NCBI GenBank assembly: GCA_028068195.1
Contig: JAPTTX010000090.1
Span: 59,856-123,855, forward strand
DNA length: 64,000 nucleotides
Origin: Gammaproteobacteria bacterium
Lineage (GTDB): Bacteria > Pseudomonadota > Gammaproteobacteria > Acidiferrobacterales > UBA6901
Reading direction: 5' to 3'
Within the stretch, counting starts at the first letter, position 1. The number at the start of each line of letters is the position of its first letter. Below the pieces are notes generated by a model. It was given only the letters and a program-made list of their open reading frames with translations. It was not told the DNA's origin and did no database searches. Of this stretch, positions 11,928 to 22,485 are shown in pieces. Made by a program: the position numbers and the translations under genes.

Positions 11928-13177
11928 CGGTCGATCTCGCCGAATACGATGTCCTGGGTTCCGATTACCGCCACAACGTCGGCGATCATATGTCCTCGCA
12001 CCATCTCGTCGAGAGCAGACAGGTGCGCGAAACCGGGAGCGCGGATCTTCAGACGGAACGGCTTATTGGCGCCGTCTGAAACCAGATAGACGCCGAACTC
12101 GCCCTTCGGATGCTCGATCGCCGCATAGGCCTCCCCCTCGGGTATGCAGAAGCCTTCAGTGAACAGCTTGAAGTGGTGAATCAGCGCTTCCATGTCGTTT
12201 TTCATGACTGCCCGCTTCGGTGGCACCAGCTTGTGGTTCTCGATGATCACCGGACCTGGATTGCGGCGCAGCCATTCCACGCACTGGCGGATGATGCGGT
12301 TGGACTGGCGCATCTCTTCGATGCGTACCAGATAGCGGTCGTAGCAGTCCCCGCCGACTCCCACCGGTATGTCGAAATCCAGGCGGTCATACACTTCATA
12401 GGGCTGCTTCTTGCGCAGATCCCATTCCACCCCGCTACCGCGCAGCATCGGTCCCGAAAACCCGAGTTGCAGCGCCCGCTCCGACGACACGACACCGATA
12501 CCCACCGTGCGTTGCTTCCAGATGCGGTTGTCGGTGAGCAGGGTCTCGTATTCGTCCACGTGGCCCGGAAAACGTTCGGTAAAATCCCAGATGTAATCGA
12601 GCAACGAACCCTGGCGATTGGCGTTGAGCCGTTCGATATCCTTGACGTCGTGCCACTTCGAGGGCTGATACTGCGGCATCTGGTCCGGCAGATCGCGGTA
12701 CACACCGCCGACGCGATAGTACGTAGCGTGCATGCGCGCACCGGACACGGCCTCGTACATGTCCATCAGATCCTCGCGCTCGCGGAAGCAGTACAAAAAA
12801 ACGGTCATGGCCCCGATGTCCAGGCTATGGGAACCGAGCCACAGCAGATGATTGAGGATACGCGTGATTTCGTCAAACATTACGCGTATGTACTGGGCGC
12901 GTACCGGGGGTTCAATGCCCAGCATCTTCTCCATCGCCAGCACGTAGCCGTGTTCGTTGCACATCATGGACACGTAATCCAGGCGGTCCATGTAGCCGAT
13001 GCTCTGGTTGTAGGGCTTGCTCTCAGCCAGCTTCTCGGTCGCCCGATGCAGCAGTCCGATATGCGGATCGGCCCGCTCTATGACCTCGCCGTCGAGCTCC
13101 AGCACGAGACGCAATACACCATGGGCCGCCGGATGCTGAGGCCCGAAGTTCATCGTGTAATTCCTGATCTCAGGCAA
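11924..13177 (-). CDS. nuoD: NADH-quinone oxidoreductase subunit D
   Basis: 417 aa. N-terminus [15 protein letters not shown] and C-terminus DIVFGEIDR are typical of the 49-kDa subunit. Encoded separately from nuoC. Confidence 0.97.
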   Translation of the reverse strand: MPEIRNYTMNFGPQHPAAHGVLRLVLELDGEVIERADPHIGLLHRATEKLAESKPYNQSIGYMDRLDYVSMMCNEHGYVLAMEKMLGIEPPVRAQYIRVMFDEITRILNHLLWLGSHSLDIGAMTVFLYCFREREDLMDMYEAVSGARMHATYYRVGGVYRDLPDQMPQYQPSKWHDVKDIERLNANRQGSLLDYIWDFTERFPGHVDEYETLLTDNRIWKQRTVGIGVVSSERALQLGFSGPMLRGSGVEWDLRKKQPYEVYDRLDFDIPVGVGGDCYDRYLVRIEEMRQSNRIIRQCVEWLRRNPGPVIIENHKLVPPKRAVMKNDMEALIHHFKLFTEGFCIPEGEAYAAIEHPKGEFGVYLVSDGANKPFRLKIRAPGFAHLSALDEMVRGHMIADVVAVIGTQDIVFGEIDR

Positions 13178-13251
13178 GACTCATGCCTCCAGTCCTGCAG
13201 GGGACCGCAGCCCGCATGCTCCGCTCCGGCATCTCACATGGGATCCGGCGC

Positions 13252-13863
13252 TTACGCTTTGCCGCCACCATAATTCTCCTCACGGATGACGCGCGGAACC
13301 AGAATCCGCGGTTCAATCGTAACAGGCTGATAAATGACGCGACCGCGTTCCGAATCGTAGCGCATCTCGACCTGCCCGGTCAGCGGGAAATCTTTGCGGA
13401 ACGGATGTCCGATGAATCCGTAATCGGTGAGAATGCGGCGCAGATCCGGGTGCCCCTCGAAAATGATCCCGAACAGATCGAACGCTTCGCGCTCATACCA
13501 GTTTGCCGAGTTCCAGATGTCCACAACCGATTCGACCACCGGCATGTCGTCATTCGCGAACACACGCAGCCGCAGACGCTGGTTGCGCGATACAGACAGG
13601 AGGTGGTAGACGACAGCGAAACGCGGGCCAACCCTGGCGCCTCTGGTTGATTCCGCAGCGTAATTAAGGTAGTCGACACCGCACAGGTCAACAAGCTGCT
13701 CGAATGAGAAGAGCGGATTGGTCCGCAGAACGGAACATACCCGATGCAGGGCATCCGTCCTTATCTCGAGCGTGAGCTCACCCGCAGACTGATGCGCCGC
13801 CAGCACCGCTTCGCCGAATTTTTCGGCAGCATGGTCAGCGAGCGCCTTAAGTGATTCGCTCAT
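13252..13863 (-). CDS. nuoC: NADH-quinone oxidoreductase subunit C
   Basis: 203 aa, 30-kDa subunit-like ([22 protein letters not shown]). Confidence 0.95.
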   Translation of the reverse strand: MSESLKALADHAAEKFGEAVLAAHQSAGELTLEIRTDALHRVCSVLRTNPLFSFEQLVDLCGVDYLNYAAESTRGARVGPRFAVVYHLLSVSRNQRLRLRVFANDDMPVVESVVDIWNSANWYEREAFDLFGIIFEGHPDLRRILTDYGFIGHPFRKDFPLTGQVEMRYDSERGRVIYQPVTIEPRILVPRVIREENYGGGKA

Positions 13864-13887
13864 GGAATAGGCTCTCGGCGTTCGCAG

Positions 13888-14364
13888 CTAACGGGCTATG
13901 GTATTGGTACGCTTGATCTTGTTTTGCAGCTGGATGATGCCGTACAGCAGCGCCTCGGCGGTCGGCGGACAGCCGGGCACGTAGATGTCCACGGGCACAA
14001 TGCGATCACAACCGCGGACGACGGAATAGGAATAGTGATAATAGCCGCCGCCGTTGGCGCAGGAACCCATGGAGATCACCCAGCGCGGTTCGGCCATCTG
14101 GTCGTAGACCTTGCGCAGCGCCGGTGCCATCTTGTTCACGAGCGTTCCAGCAACGATCATTACGTCCGACTGCCGGGGACTCGGGCGGAATATGACCCCA
14201 AAGCGGTCCAGGTCGTAGCGCGACGCACCGGCATGCATCATCTCCACGGCGCAGCACGCCAGGCCGAAGGTCATGGGCCACAGCGAGCCGGTACGCGTCC
14301 AGTTGATGAGCTTGTCGGCCGAGGTGGTGATCCAGCCTCTCTCCAAGACACCTTCTATTCCCAT
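13888..14364 (-). CDS. nuoB: NADH-quinone oxidoreductase subunit B
   Basis: PSST/NuoB homology starts at [11 protein letters not shown] (ATG 14364) and includes [20 protein letters not shown] and GCPP. The upstream ORF extension overlaps nuoA and was rejected. Confidence 0.95.
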   Translation of the reverse strand: MGIEGVLERGWITTSADKLINWTRTGSLWPMTFGLACCAVEMMHAGASRYDLDRFGVIFRPSPRQSDVMIVAGTLVNKMAPALRKVYDQMAEPRWVISMGSCANGGGYYHYSYSVVRGCDRIVPVDIYVPGCPPTAEALLYGIIQLQNKIKRTNTIAR

Positions 14365-14711
14365 TCCAGCGCTCCCTTGCGCCACTCGTATATGAAACCG
14401 ATCACGAGAATGCCCAGAAAGAGCAGCATGGCAAGAAAACCGAATATGCCGATCTGCCGCAGCGCGACGGCCCACGGAAAGAGAAACGCGATCTCGAGAT
14501 CGAAGATGATGAACAGGATCGCTACCAGGTAGTAGCGCACGTCGAACTTCGTGCGTGTATCCTCGAACGCCTCGAAGCCGCATTCGTAGGGCGAGAGCTT
14601 TTCGCTGTTGGGCCGATGGGGACCCAGCAGCCGCCCCATGACCATCGGCATCACGCCGACCGCGATGCCGACCGCGATAAAGAGCAGAACAGGGAGATAG
14701 TTCTCGAGCAT
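14355..14711 (-). CDS. nuoA: NADH-quinone oxidoreductase subunit A
   Basis: 118 aa with 3 transmembrane segments, ND3/NuoA-like (YECGFEAF). First gene of the operon, overlapping the nuoB start by 10 nt. Confidence 0.93.
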   Translation of the reverse strand: MLENYLPVLLFIAVGIAVGVMPMVMGRLLGPHRPNSEKLSPYECGFEAFEDTRTKFDVRYYLVAILFIIFDLEIAFLFPWAVALRQIGIFGFLAMLLFLGILVIGFIYEWRKGALEWE

Positions 14712-14768
14712 CAGCTACCCCAGGAGGTTTCTACTTTCTGGCCAGGCTCGCCCAGCGCCTAACCGGCG

Positions 14769-14798
14769 AGTCTAGGCTCCGCATACAGGCAAAGTCAA
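14769..14798 (-). promoter_or_regulatory. putative sigma-70 promoter of the nuo operon
   Basis: On the minus strand the sequence reads TTGACT, an 18-nt spacer, then TAGACT, about 60 nt upstream of the nuoA ATG. Identified by sequence pattern only. Confidence 0.3.
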
Positions 14799-14913
14799 GC
14801 CGCAATCAGCTTATAATTAGTATAACTTTCATATGGTTATCGCCACTTTGGGCTTGGCAGGAATCCCCTGCTGGCGATACCGCCCGGCTCGGGCTGAACA
14901 GATACTGCGTTAA

Positions 14914-14998
14914 TGGTGCCGAAGGCGGGACTCGAACCCGCACGGCTTGCGCCACCGCCCCCTCAAGACGGCGTGTCTACCAATTTCACCACTTCGGC
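14914..14998 (-). tRNA. tRNA-Leu (anticodon GAG)
   Basis: The reverse complement reads GCCGAAGTGGTGAAATTGGTAGACACGCCGTCTTGAGGGGGCGG...GGGTTCGAGTCCCGCCTTCGGCACCA. It folds as a cloverleaf with a long variable arm, anticodon loop TTGAGGG, and an encoded CCA end. Confidence 0.93.
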
Positions 14999-15036
14999 TG
15001 GAAGTCGGAAACCCACCTTTTGTCTATATTAATTAT

Positions 15037-15399
15037 TTATTTCGGCGCTGCCGGCACGCCAGGCACGCCAGGCACGCCAGGCACGGCTGGCGCCGCGGGC
15101 GCGGGTGCCGGTGCCGACGGCACCGAGCTGGCCGGAACCTCCTGGGTCACGCTTTTCGGCCGCCCCTGGCGCGCATCGATGATGGTCAGCGACATGCTGG
15201 TAATGAAAAAAATGGTGGCCAGCACCGCCGTGAGCCGACTGAGAAATGTCGCCGACCCGCGGGCACCGAACAGCGTCTGGGACGCACCGCTGCCAAAGGC
15301 AGCTCCGATATCCGCGCCCTTACCCTGCTGCAACAGCACCAAGCCCACAATGGCAAGTGCCACGAGCACATGGACAACCAACAGCAACTCTTTCAGCAT
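15037..15399 (-). CDS. secG: preprotein translocase subunit SecG
   Basis: [45 protein letters not shown] is a typical SecG sequence. It carries a Pro/Ala/Val-rich C-terminal tail. The secG-tRNA-Leu pairing is conserved. Confidence 0.9.
   Translation of the reverse strand: MLKELLLVVHVLVALAIVGLVLLQQGKGADIGAAFGSGASQTLFGARGSATFLSRLTAVLATIFFITSMSLTIIDARQGRPKSVTQEVPASSVPSAPAPAPAAPAVPGVPGVPGVPAAPK
15053..15088. repeat. 9-bp tandem repeat (GGCACGCCA, about 4 copies)
   Basis: Read directly from the sequence. It encodes the GVPGVPGVP part of the SecG tail. Confidence 0.85.
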
Positions 15400-15486
15400 G
15401 TTCGCACTCACTGCTTTCGGCCAATGCGCGCCCGCTGGTGCGCGCGTTTCGCGGACCTGCGCCCGCCACAAGCATCTGCTCTGGGT

Positions 15487-16239
15487 TCAGCCGGCAGCCC
15501 GGCAGATCGCCAGGAACTCCTGGGCATCCAACGATGCACCGCCGATCAGGCCGCCGTCAATGTCCGGCTGCCCGAAGAGCTGCCGCGCATTGGCCGCCTT
15601 CACGCTGCCGCCATACAGAATCCGGAGCCGCTCGGCCACTGTCGAGCTGATCTGCGCCAAGCGCGCACGAATGAAGGCGTGCACCCCCTGCGCCTGTTCC
15701 GGTGTGGCGGTCTTGCCCGTACCAATGGCCCAAACCGGTTCATAAGCGACGATCGCATGGTCCAGCGCCGCGATGCTAGCCAGCTTCACCACCGCATCGA
15801 GCTGGCGCGCTACCACTGCTTCGGTCTCGTTGGCCTCCCGCTCCGCCAGCGTCTCTCCGACACAGAGGATCGGGACAAGGCCCACGCCCTGAGCCGCCCG
15901 GAATTTCTCGGCCACCACCTGATCGCTCTCTCCGTACAGCGCCCGCCGTTCGGAGTGTCCGACGATAACGTGGCTGCAGCCGAAATCACGCAGCATGGCG
16001 CCCGAGACCTCACCCGTATAGGCGCCTGACTTATGGGGGCTCAGATTCTGCCCGCCCCAGGCGATGCGGCTGCCGCTCAGCCATTCCGCCACGACCGGGA
16101 TGAGGACGAACGGCGGGCAGACCAGGATCTCAGCGTGCGTGACATCACCCAGTCCCTGCTCGATTCCGCTGATCAGCGCCGCTGCCTCCACCTGGGTACC
16201 GTTCATCTTCCAGTTGCCCGCGACCACAGGACGGCGCAT
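15487..16239 (-). CDS. tpiA: triose-phosphate isomerase
   Basis: [32 protein letters not shown] and YGGS motifs. The ATG at 16239 has a GGAGG sequence 5 nt upstream. Confidence 0.96.
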   Translation of the reverse strand: MRRPVVAGNWKMNGTQVEAAALISGIEQGLGDVTHAEILVCPPFVLIPVVAEWLSGSRIAWGGQNLSPHKSGAYTGEVSGAMLRDFGCSHVIVGHSERRALYGESDQVVAEKFRAAQGVGLVPILCVGETLAEREANETEAVVARQLDAVVKLASIAALDHAIVAYEPVWAIGTGKTATPEQAQGVHAFIRARLAQISSTVAERLRILYGGSVKAANARQLFGQPDIDGGLIGGASLDAQEFLAICRAAG

Positions 16240-16351
16240 CGCATCCTCCACTTATTGTTTAGGCTGGGACCAAAACGACAGAAGCGGGCGCGATGTTACC
16301 GGGCACCGGCGCAGAAAGCAATTTGCCGGGGCCGGATCCGCGTCTGGTGGG

Positions 16352-16390
16352 CCAAAACCGCGCGGCAAGCAGGCCGCTGGCTCCGCGCTG
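16352..16390 (-). terminator. possible hairpin terminator downstream of glmM
   Basis: Minus strand reads CAGCGCGG-N17-CCGCGCGG followed by TTTTGG. The stem has one mismatch. Confidence 0.3.
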
Positions 16391-16405
16391 CCGGCGGGAA
16401 AGCGC

Positions 16406-17758
16406 TCAGGCAGCTTCGTCTGCGGCCCGCTGCACCGTTTCGGCAAGATGCTGTCCAAGCCGCTCGATGAGCTGTTTGTCGCTGCCTTCGAGCATCACCC
16501 GCACCACCGGCTCGGTACCCGAGGCACGCAGCACGACCCGGCCCTGCGAACCGAGCTGCGCCTTGACCTCGCTCAGGGCATTCATGACAGGCTTCGAGCC
16601 GTTGACATCAAAACGCCGGTTCATGCGCACATTGATCATGGTCTGGGGATACACCGCCATGCCGCCCTTCAATTCTGCCAGGCTCCGGCCGGACTGGCGC
16701 AGGACTGCAACGACTTCGAGTGCCGCGATAATGCCATCTCCAGTGGTGCTCTTGTCGAGACAGATGAGATGCCCCGAAGTCTCCCCGCCAAGCTCCCACC
16801 GCTCCTGCTGGAGAATCGACAGAACGTAGCGGTCCCCGACCTGGGCACGCCGGAATGGAATCCCCTTGCCCTGCAACGCCTGCTCGAGCCCCAGGTTGCT
16901 CATCAGCGTCCCGACCACCCCTCCACGCAGGCGGTCCATGGCCTGGCGCGCCTCGGCAATGATGTAGAGCAGCTGGTCACCGTCGACAACCTCTCCGCCG
17001 CCGTCCACCATAATGACCCGGTCACCGTCTCCATCCAGCGCGATCCCCAAATCCGCATGCTGCTCCACCACGGTCCTGCGCAGCAGCCGGGTATCGGTTG
17101 ACCCGCACTCGTGATTGATGTTGAGCCCATCAGGCTGGTTGCCGATCGCCATCACGTCGGCCCCGAGTTCGCTGAATACGTGGGGTGCAATTTGGTAGGC
17201 GGCGCCATTGGCGCAGTCGATGACGATCTTCAGGCCCTCAAGGCTCAGTCGGTGCGGGAAGGTGCTCTTGCAGAACTCGATGTACCGGCCACCGGCATCC
17301 TCGTAGCGCTTGGCCTTGCCGAGATTGCCGGGCTCCACGGTGCGCAGCGTCTCGGACATCATTCTCTCTATTTCGAGCTCCACCTCATCCGGCAGCTTGC
17401 ATCCCTCGGACGAAAAGAACTTGATTCCATTGTCCTGGTAGGGATTGTGCGATGCGCTAATGACGATACCGGCGCGGGCCCGCGCTGTGCGTGTGAGGTA
17501 GGCGATACCGGGTGTCGGCATGGGACCGAGCAGGCGGATATCGACGCCGGCGGCCGACAGCCCGGCCTCGAGCGCCGATTCCAGCAGATAGCCGGAAACC
17601 CGCGTGTCCTTGCCGATGAGAATCTTGGTGTGATCAACGGCACCCTTTCCCAGAACAAGTCCTGCCGCCCAGCCCAGCTTGAGCACGGTTTCAGGCGTGA
17701 TGGGTTCCTCGCCCATGCGCCCGCGGATCCCGTCAGTGCCGAAATAGCGCTTGCCCAT
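16406..17758 (-). CDS. glmM: phosphoglucosamine mutase
   Basis: 450 aa with YFGTDGIRG, active-site [13 protein letters not shown] and DGDGDR motifs. Confidence 0.97.
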   Translation of the reverse strand: MGKRYFGTDGIRGRMGEEPITPETVLKLGWAAGLVLGKGAVDHTKILIGKDTRVSGYLLESALEAGLSAAGVDIRLLGPMPTPGIAYLTRTARARAGIVISASHNPYQDNGIKFFSSEGCKLPDEVELEIERMMSETLRTVEPGNLGKAKRYEDAGGRYIEFCKSTFPHRLSLEGLKIVIDCANGAAYQIAPHVFSELGADVMAIGNQPDGLNINHECGSTDTRLLRRTVVEQHADLGIALDGDGDRVIMVDGGGEVVDGDQLLYIIAEARQAMDRLRGGVVGTLMSNLGLEQALQGKGIPFRRAQVGDRYVLSILQQERWELGGETSGHLICLDKSTTGDGIIAALEVVAVLRQSGRSLAELKGGMAVYPQTMINVRMNRRFDVNGSKPVMNALSEVKAQLGSQGRVVLRASGTEPVVRVMLEGSDKQLIERLGQHLAETVQRAADEAA

Positions 17759-17785
17759 CCGCCCCCCTCATGCGATTTCTCCACC

Positions 17786-18682
17786 TCATTCCATTGTAGT
17801 CGATTGCCCGCAACCGCAACCTATTACGGCCTCAAGCATGCGGATCGCTTCGCGGGTCGGGCGCACGTCGTGGACCCGGACCATTGCTGCCCCATTTTGC
17901 ACCGCACACACCGCCAGAGCCACACTGGCGTACAACCGCTCGCTGACTGGCAGCCCCAGCACCGCGCCGATCAGGGACTTGCGCGAGAGTCCGGCCAGGA
18001 TGGGTACCTGCAATGCCTTAAAATCCGGGAGTTTACGCAGAAGTTCGAGGTTGTGCGTCAGGGTCTTGCCGAAGCCGAACCCCGGATCCGCGATCAGGCG
18101 GTCCCTCGGGATTCCGGCGCCGACACAAGCATCGATGCGCGCACGCAGGAACCCAAGGACTTCCCCGACCACGTCCCCATACCGGGGATGCCGCTGCATG
18201 GTACGCGGTTCGCCCTGCATATGCATGAGACAGACCGGCAGCCCGAGTTCGCTTGCCGCCTCCAGGGCGCCGGCAGCGCGCAGGGCCATGACGTCGTTGA
18301 TCATTCCGGCGCCGGCAGCGGCCGCGGCGCGCATCACTTCGGGCTTGGACGTATCGACGGAAACCGGCACCGGGACCGCGCGGACCAGAGCCTGAATGAT
18401 GGGCACGATGCGCCTGATCTCTTCCGCGGCTGAAACCGCCTGCGCCCCGGGACGGGTCGACTCGCCACCGATGTCGATGATGTCGGCGCCTTCCCCGACC
18501 ATCGCAAGCGCATGCTCTACCGCCCGCTCCGGCGCAAAAAAGACGCCGCCGTCCGAAAACGAATCGGGGGTAATGTTCAGGATGCCCATGACCGCGGCCC
18601 GCCCCAGATCGAGCGGCCTCCCGCCGCAGTCCAGAACCCTCCCGGAATCCGGGACGCCGGCCACCGGTTCGAGTGCGGTCAT
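17786..18682 (-). CDS. folP: dihydropteroate synthase
   Basis: 298 aa with GILNITPDSFSDGG, DIGGESTRPG and GFGFGKT motifs. The ftsH-folP-glmM order is conserved. Confidence 0.95.
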   Translation of the reverse strand: MTALEPVAGVPDSGRVLDCGGRPLDLGRAAVMGILNITPDSFSDGGVFFAPERAVEHALAMVGEGADIIDIGGESTRPGAQAVSAAEEIRRIVPIIQALVRAVPVPVSVDTSKPEVMRAAAAAGAGMINDVMALRAAGALEAASELGLPVCLMHMQGEPRTMQRHPRYGDVVGEVLGFLRARIDACVGAGIPRDRLIADPGFGFGKTLTHNLELLRKLPDFKALQVPILAGLSRKSLIGAVLGLPVSERLYASVALAVCAVQNGAAMVRVHDVRPTREAIRMLEAVIGCGCGQSTTME

Positions 18683-18716
18683 GGTAAGAGCAAGGCCCGC
18701 CCCGCGATGTAGCCGG

Positions 18717-20636
18717 TCAGTGCTCCGCGGCCGGGGTGTCGATCGGTTTGGTGTTGCGCGGCTGGCGTGCCGCCGGCGAGCCGGGCTGGTCAGAGCCTGA
18801 CGATGCCGGCCCGGCGAAGTCCGCCGGCGGGCGCGGCTGTTTCCCGGCCATGATGTCTTCGATCTGGTCGGAGCTCAAGGTCTCCCATTCAAGCAGGGCC
18901 TTCGCCATCAGCTCGATCTTGTCGCGGTTCTCCTCGATGATCTTGCGTGCCCGCGCGTACTGCTCGTCGATGATGCGCCGGATCTCGTTATCGACCAGCT
19001 GCACCGTGGCGTCGCTGAGATTCTTGTGGGTCGTCACATCGCGTCCCAGGAAAACTTCGCTCTGATTCTCGCCGTAGACGCGCGTGCCGAGCGCATCGCT
19101 CATGCCCCAGCGCGTGACCATATTGCGTGCGATATCAGTGGCGCGCTCGAAATCATTCGCTGCCCCCGTAGTCATCTGATGCATGAATACCTCTTCGGCG
19201 ATTCGGCCTCCCATGAGCACCGCGATCGTCGAGAGCAGCGATTCACGGTCGTGGCTGTAGCGATCTTCGGTCGGAAGCTGCATCGTCACGCCCAGCGCCC
19301 GACCACGCGGAATGATGGTCACCTTGTGGACCGGATCGGTATTCGGCAGCGACTTGGCCACCACGGCATGGCCGGACTCGTGATAAGCCGTATTCATGCG
19401 TTCCTTTTCCGGCATCACAATCGAGCGGCGTTCCGCCCCCATCACGATCTTGTCCTTGGCTTTCTCGAAATCCTCCATGTCCACCAGCCGCTTGTTGGCG
19501 CGGGCCGCGAACAACGCAGCCTCGTTCACGAGGTTGGCCAGATCTGCGCCGGAGAATCCCGGTGTGCCGCGCGCCAGGATACTCGGCACCACGTTGTCGG
19601 ATATCGGCACCTTGCGCATGTGCACCTTCAGGATCTGCTCGCGGCCACGGATATCCGGTAGCGGCACGTACACCTGCCGGTCAAACCTTCCCGGACGCAG
19701 GAGTGCGGGATCGAGCACATCCGGCCTGTTCGTGGCCGCGATAACGATGACACCCTCGGTGCCCTCGAACCCGTCCATCTCCACCAACAGCTGGTTAAGC
19801 GTCTGCTCGCGCTCGTCGTGGCCGCCACCCAGCCCGGCGCCACGCTGCCGCCCGACGGCATCGATCTCGTCGATAAATATGATACAGGGAGCATGCTTCT
19901 TGGCCTGATCGAACATGTCGCGCACGCGCGATGCGCCGACGCCGACAAACATTTCGACGAAATCAGAGCCAGAAATCGAGAAAAACGGCACCTTGGCCTC
20001 GCCTGCGATCGCCTTGGCGAGCAGCGTCTTGCCGGTACCCGGAGAGCCGGTCATCAACACACCCTTGGGGATGCGTCCGCCCAACTTCTGGAACTTGGAG
20101 GGATCGCGCAGAAACTCCACCAACTCGCCGACCTCCTCCTTGGCCTCTTCCACGCCGGCGACATCCTCGAACGTGATCTTGTTCTGTTCCTCCGTGAGCA
20201 TTCGCGCGCGGCTCTTGCCGAAACCCATGGCTCCGCGCCCGCTGCCTCCGCCCTGCATCTGGCGCATGAAAAACACCCACACACCAACCAGCAGCAGCAT
20301 CGGGAACCAGTTGATGAAGATCTGCAGCAGCAGCGACTGCTCCTCTGGCGGCTTGGCATCAATGGTGACGTTATTGCGGAGCAAGTCGCCGATCAGGGCA
20401 CGATTGTCCGTTTCAGGGCTGTAGGTGTTGAATTTGTCGCCGCTCTTGGTGACACCCTGGATCTTGCGGCCTTCGATCGTGACCTTGTTGACCTGTCCAC
20501 TCAGCAGCTGGCTGTAGAACTGCGAATAGGCCATCTGGTGCACCGACGTCTGGCGGTTGCCGAAATTGTTGAACACCGACATCAGCACGACCGCGATGAC
20601 GAGCCACAGGAGAAGATTCTTCGTGAGATTATTCAA
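18717..20636 (-). CDS. ftsH: ATP-dependent zinc metalloprotease FtsH
   Basis: 639 aa with Walker A GSPGTGKT, the AAA second region of homology, and the HESGHA zinc site. Confidence 0.98.
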   Translation of the reverse strand: MNNLTKNLLLWLVIAVVLMSVFNNFGNRQTSVHQMAYSQFYSQLLSGQVNKVTIEGRKIQGVTKSGDKFNTYSPETDNRALIGDLLRNNVTIDAKPPEEQSLLLQIFINWFPMLLLVGVWVFFMRQMQGGGSGRGAMGFGKSRARMLTEEQNKITFEDVAGVEEAKEEVGELVEFLRDPSKFQKLGGRIPKGVLMTGSPGTGKTLLAKAIAGEAKVPFFSISGSDFVEMFVGVGASRVRDMFDQAKKHAPCIIFIDEIDAVGRQRGAGLGGGHDEREQTLNQLLVEMDGFEGTEGVIVIAATNRPDVLDPALLRPGRFDRQVYVPLPDIRGREQILKVHMRKVPISDNVVPSILARGTPGFSGADLANLVNEAALFAARANKRLVDMEDFEKAKDKIVMGAERRSIVMPEKERMNTAYHESGHAVVAKSLPNTDPVHKVTIIPRGRALGVTMQLPTEDRYSHDRESLLSTIAVLMGGRIAEEVFMHQMTTGAANDFERATDIARNMVTRWGMSDALGTRVYGENQSEVFLGRDVTTHKNLSDATVQLVDNEIRRIIDEQYARARKIIEENRDKIELMAKALLEWETLSSDQIEDIMAGKQPRPPADFAGPASSGSDQPGSPAARQPRNTKPIDTPAAEH

Positions 20637-20759
20637 TATCTTGCCTCATTCAGCCGGCGCAGCGCCTTGCCGGAATCCGGAAATAGTGAGACCGCCAGTG
20701 CGGGGTTTGGTTTCCATTCTGCTACGTTTGCACGGTCCCGACAACCGCATTCGGCAGCG

Positions 20760-21386
20760 TCAGTTTCCGCTCCGAAAGCCCTTTCCTACCAAGTATATCT
20801 CGCGGCTGCGCGCCCGGGACGCCCGCGGCTTGCGGACCAGCACCCGCCCGAACCGGCCCCGCATCGCTTGGTGGAACTCCGGGTACCCGCTTCCCTGGAA
20901 CGCTTTCACGAGGAAATCGCCTCCTGGTCGCAGCACCTGGACCGCAAAATCCAGCGCCAATTCCGCAAGATACATCGCCCGCGCCTGGTCGGCCGTGTCA
21001 ATACCGCTTATATTGGGCGCCATATCCGATATTACAAGATCCACCGGCCGACCCTGCAGATGCTCGAGGAGCCGCTCGAGTACGGCTTTTTCGGTAAAAT
21101 CCCCCTGCAGAACGTCCACTGCGGCCACGGATTCCATGGGCAGGACATCCAGCGCAACCACGCGCCCGGCAACGCCCACGCGGCGCGCGGCGTATTGCGA
21201 CCAGCCGCCCGGAGCGGCACCGAGATCAACCACCACCATTCCGGGACGCAGGAGGTGGTCACGGTGATCGATCTCCTGGAGCTTGTACACAGCGCGCGAA
21301 CGGAACCCCTCCTGCTGTGCGCGTCTGACGTATTCATCGGTGAAATGCTCGGCCAGCCAGGCCCTGCTGCTTTTGGTTCGGGCCAT
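20760..21386 (-). CDS. rlmE: 23S rRNA (uridine2552-2'-O)-methyltransferase RlmE/FtsJ
   Basis: Homology starts at [20 protein letters not shown] (ATG 21386) and includes the SAM motif [13 protein letters not shown]. Lies upstream of ftsH. Confidence 0.94.
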   Translation of the reverse strand: MARTKSSRAWLAEHFTDEYVRRAQQEGFRSRAVYKLQEIDHRDHLLRPGMVVVDLGAAPGGWSQYAARRVGVAGRVVALDVLPMESVAAVDVLQGDFTEKAVLERLLEHLQGRPVDLVISDMAPNISGIDTADQARAMYLAELALDFAVQVLRPGGDFLVKAFQGSGYPEFHQAMRGRFGRVLVRKPRASRARSREIYLVGKGFRSGN

Positions 21387-21498
21387 GGCTAGGCCTCCCG
21401 GGACAGTCGCAACATCGGCATCCGGACATGCACCCCACGATGCTGCCACCGGGATGCGGCCCGGTTACGGTCATCCGCCGCCGCCCGTGCCACGCCAG

Positions 21499-21996
21499 TC
21501 AGTCCCCGGCACAGGCCCGTAGCCCGCGGGTCACGAGCAGCAGTCCGAGCAGACTGTTGGCCAGGAACAGTATGCCCGCAACCCCATGAAGCACGCCGAA
21601 CCGGTGGGCGAGCGGGGTGCCGGCGACCAGCATTCCGTGAGCTAGAACCTTCAGTTTCTGCATCGCCGGCAACAGGCCGAACTGGCCGACCAGATTGATG
21701 ACGAACATCATTGAGAGGACCGGCAGGCGCCAACGGAAGAACCCCCCGAACCCTTCGCGGTAGATCTGTGCCGCAAGCAGGAACAGGCCGCAGGCGAGGC
21801 CAAGGTACCCGGTAATCCAGAACAGTCTGCCCGCAATGTTTCCCGCTACCATGGGGCTCGACAGGGAATGGAACAGCACCGGCGCCACCAGGTAGCCGAC
21901 CGTCCACATGCTTCCGACCCAAAGGGTCAGCGCAAGGGATTCAAGCGCGATAATCAGCGCCGGAACGCGGGCAGGCACGGCCGCACCAGCAGCCAC
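21499..21996 (-). CDS. DUF4149-like integral membrane protein
   Basis: 165-aa ORF with 4 predicted hydrophobic helices and a GTG start 12 nt after the greA stop. The family assignment is from memory of TMEM205/DUF4149-like sequences. Confidence 0.55.
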   Translation of the reverse strand: MAAGAAVPARVPALIIALESLALTLWVGSMWTVGYLVAPVLFHSLSSPMVAGNIAGRLFWITGYLGLACGLFLLAAQIYREGFGGFFRWRLPVLSMMFVINLVGQFGLLPAMQKLKVLAHGMLVAGTPLAHRFGVLHGVAGILFLANSLLGLLLVTRGLRACAGD

Positions 21997-22008
21997 CCAG
22001 GCCGGAGG

Positions 22009-22485
22009 CTAGACATAGCGCACATCCACAATCTCGTAGTGCCGCACACCACCGGGAACCTGCACCTCGACCGCCTCGCCAGCTTCCTTGCCTATCAGGG
22101 CGCGCGCAATCGGCGAGCTGATCGAAATCTTTCCGGAGGCAATATCCGCCTCGTCCTCACCGACGATCTGGTAGGTGACTTCCTGCTGCGTACCCTCGTC
22201 GATCAGATCCAGCGTGGCACCAAATACCACGCGACCGTTGGCATTTACCTTGAGTGGATCGATGACCTGGGCATTCGCCAGTTTGCTCTCGATATCCGCA
22301 ATGCGCCCCTCGATAAACGACTGTTGCTCCTTGGCTGCGTGGTATTCGGCATTCTCGGAGAGATCGCCGTGAGCGCGCGCCTCAGCAATGGCCTGTATGA
22401 TCCGCGGGCGATCACTGGTCTTGAGTCGCTGCAGTTCGACCTTAAGCTTCTCGGCACCCTTGACGGTGAGCGGCACCTTGCTCAT
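22009..22485 (-). CDS. greA: transcription elongation factor GreA
   Basis: 158 aa. [22 protein letters not shown]...[15 protein letters not shown] is a typical GreA sequence. Confidence 0.97.
   Translation of the reverse strand: MSKVPLTVKGAEKLKVELQRLKTSDRPRIIQAIAEARAHGDLSENAEYHAAKEQQSFIEGRIADIESKLANAQVIDPLKVNANGRVVFGATLDLIDEGTQQEVTYQIVGEDEADIASGKISISSPIARALIGKEAGEAVEVQVPGGVRHYEIVDVRYV

Noticed and set aside
10689-12089. 466-aa ORF on the plus strand.
   Set aside because: It is antisense to nuoF, nuoE and nuoD, which are unambiguous. Its composition (Arg/Ala/His/Leu) is typical of a shadow ORF.
19818-21392. 524-aa ORF on the plus strand.
   Set aside because: It is antisense to ftsH and rlmE. 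It has no recognisable motifs and is a GC-rich shadow frame.
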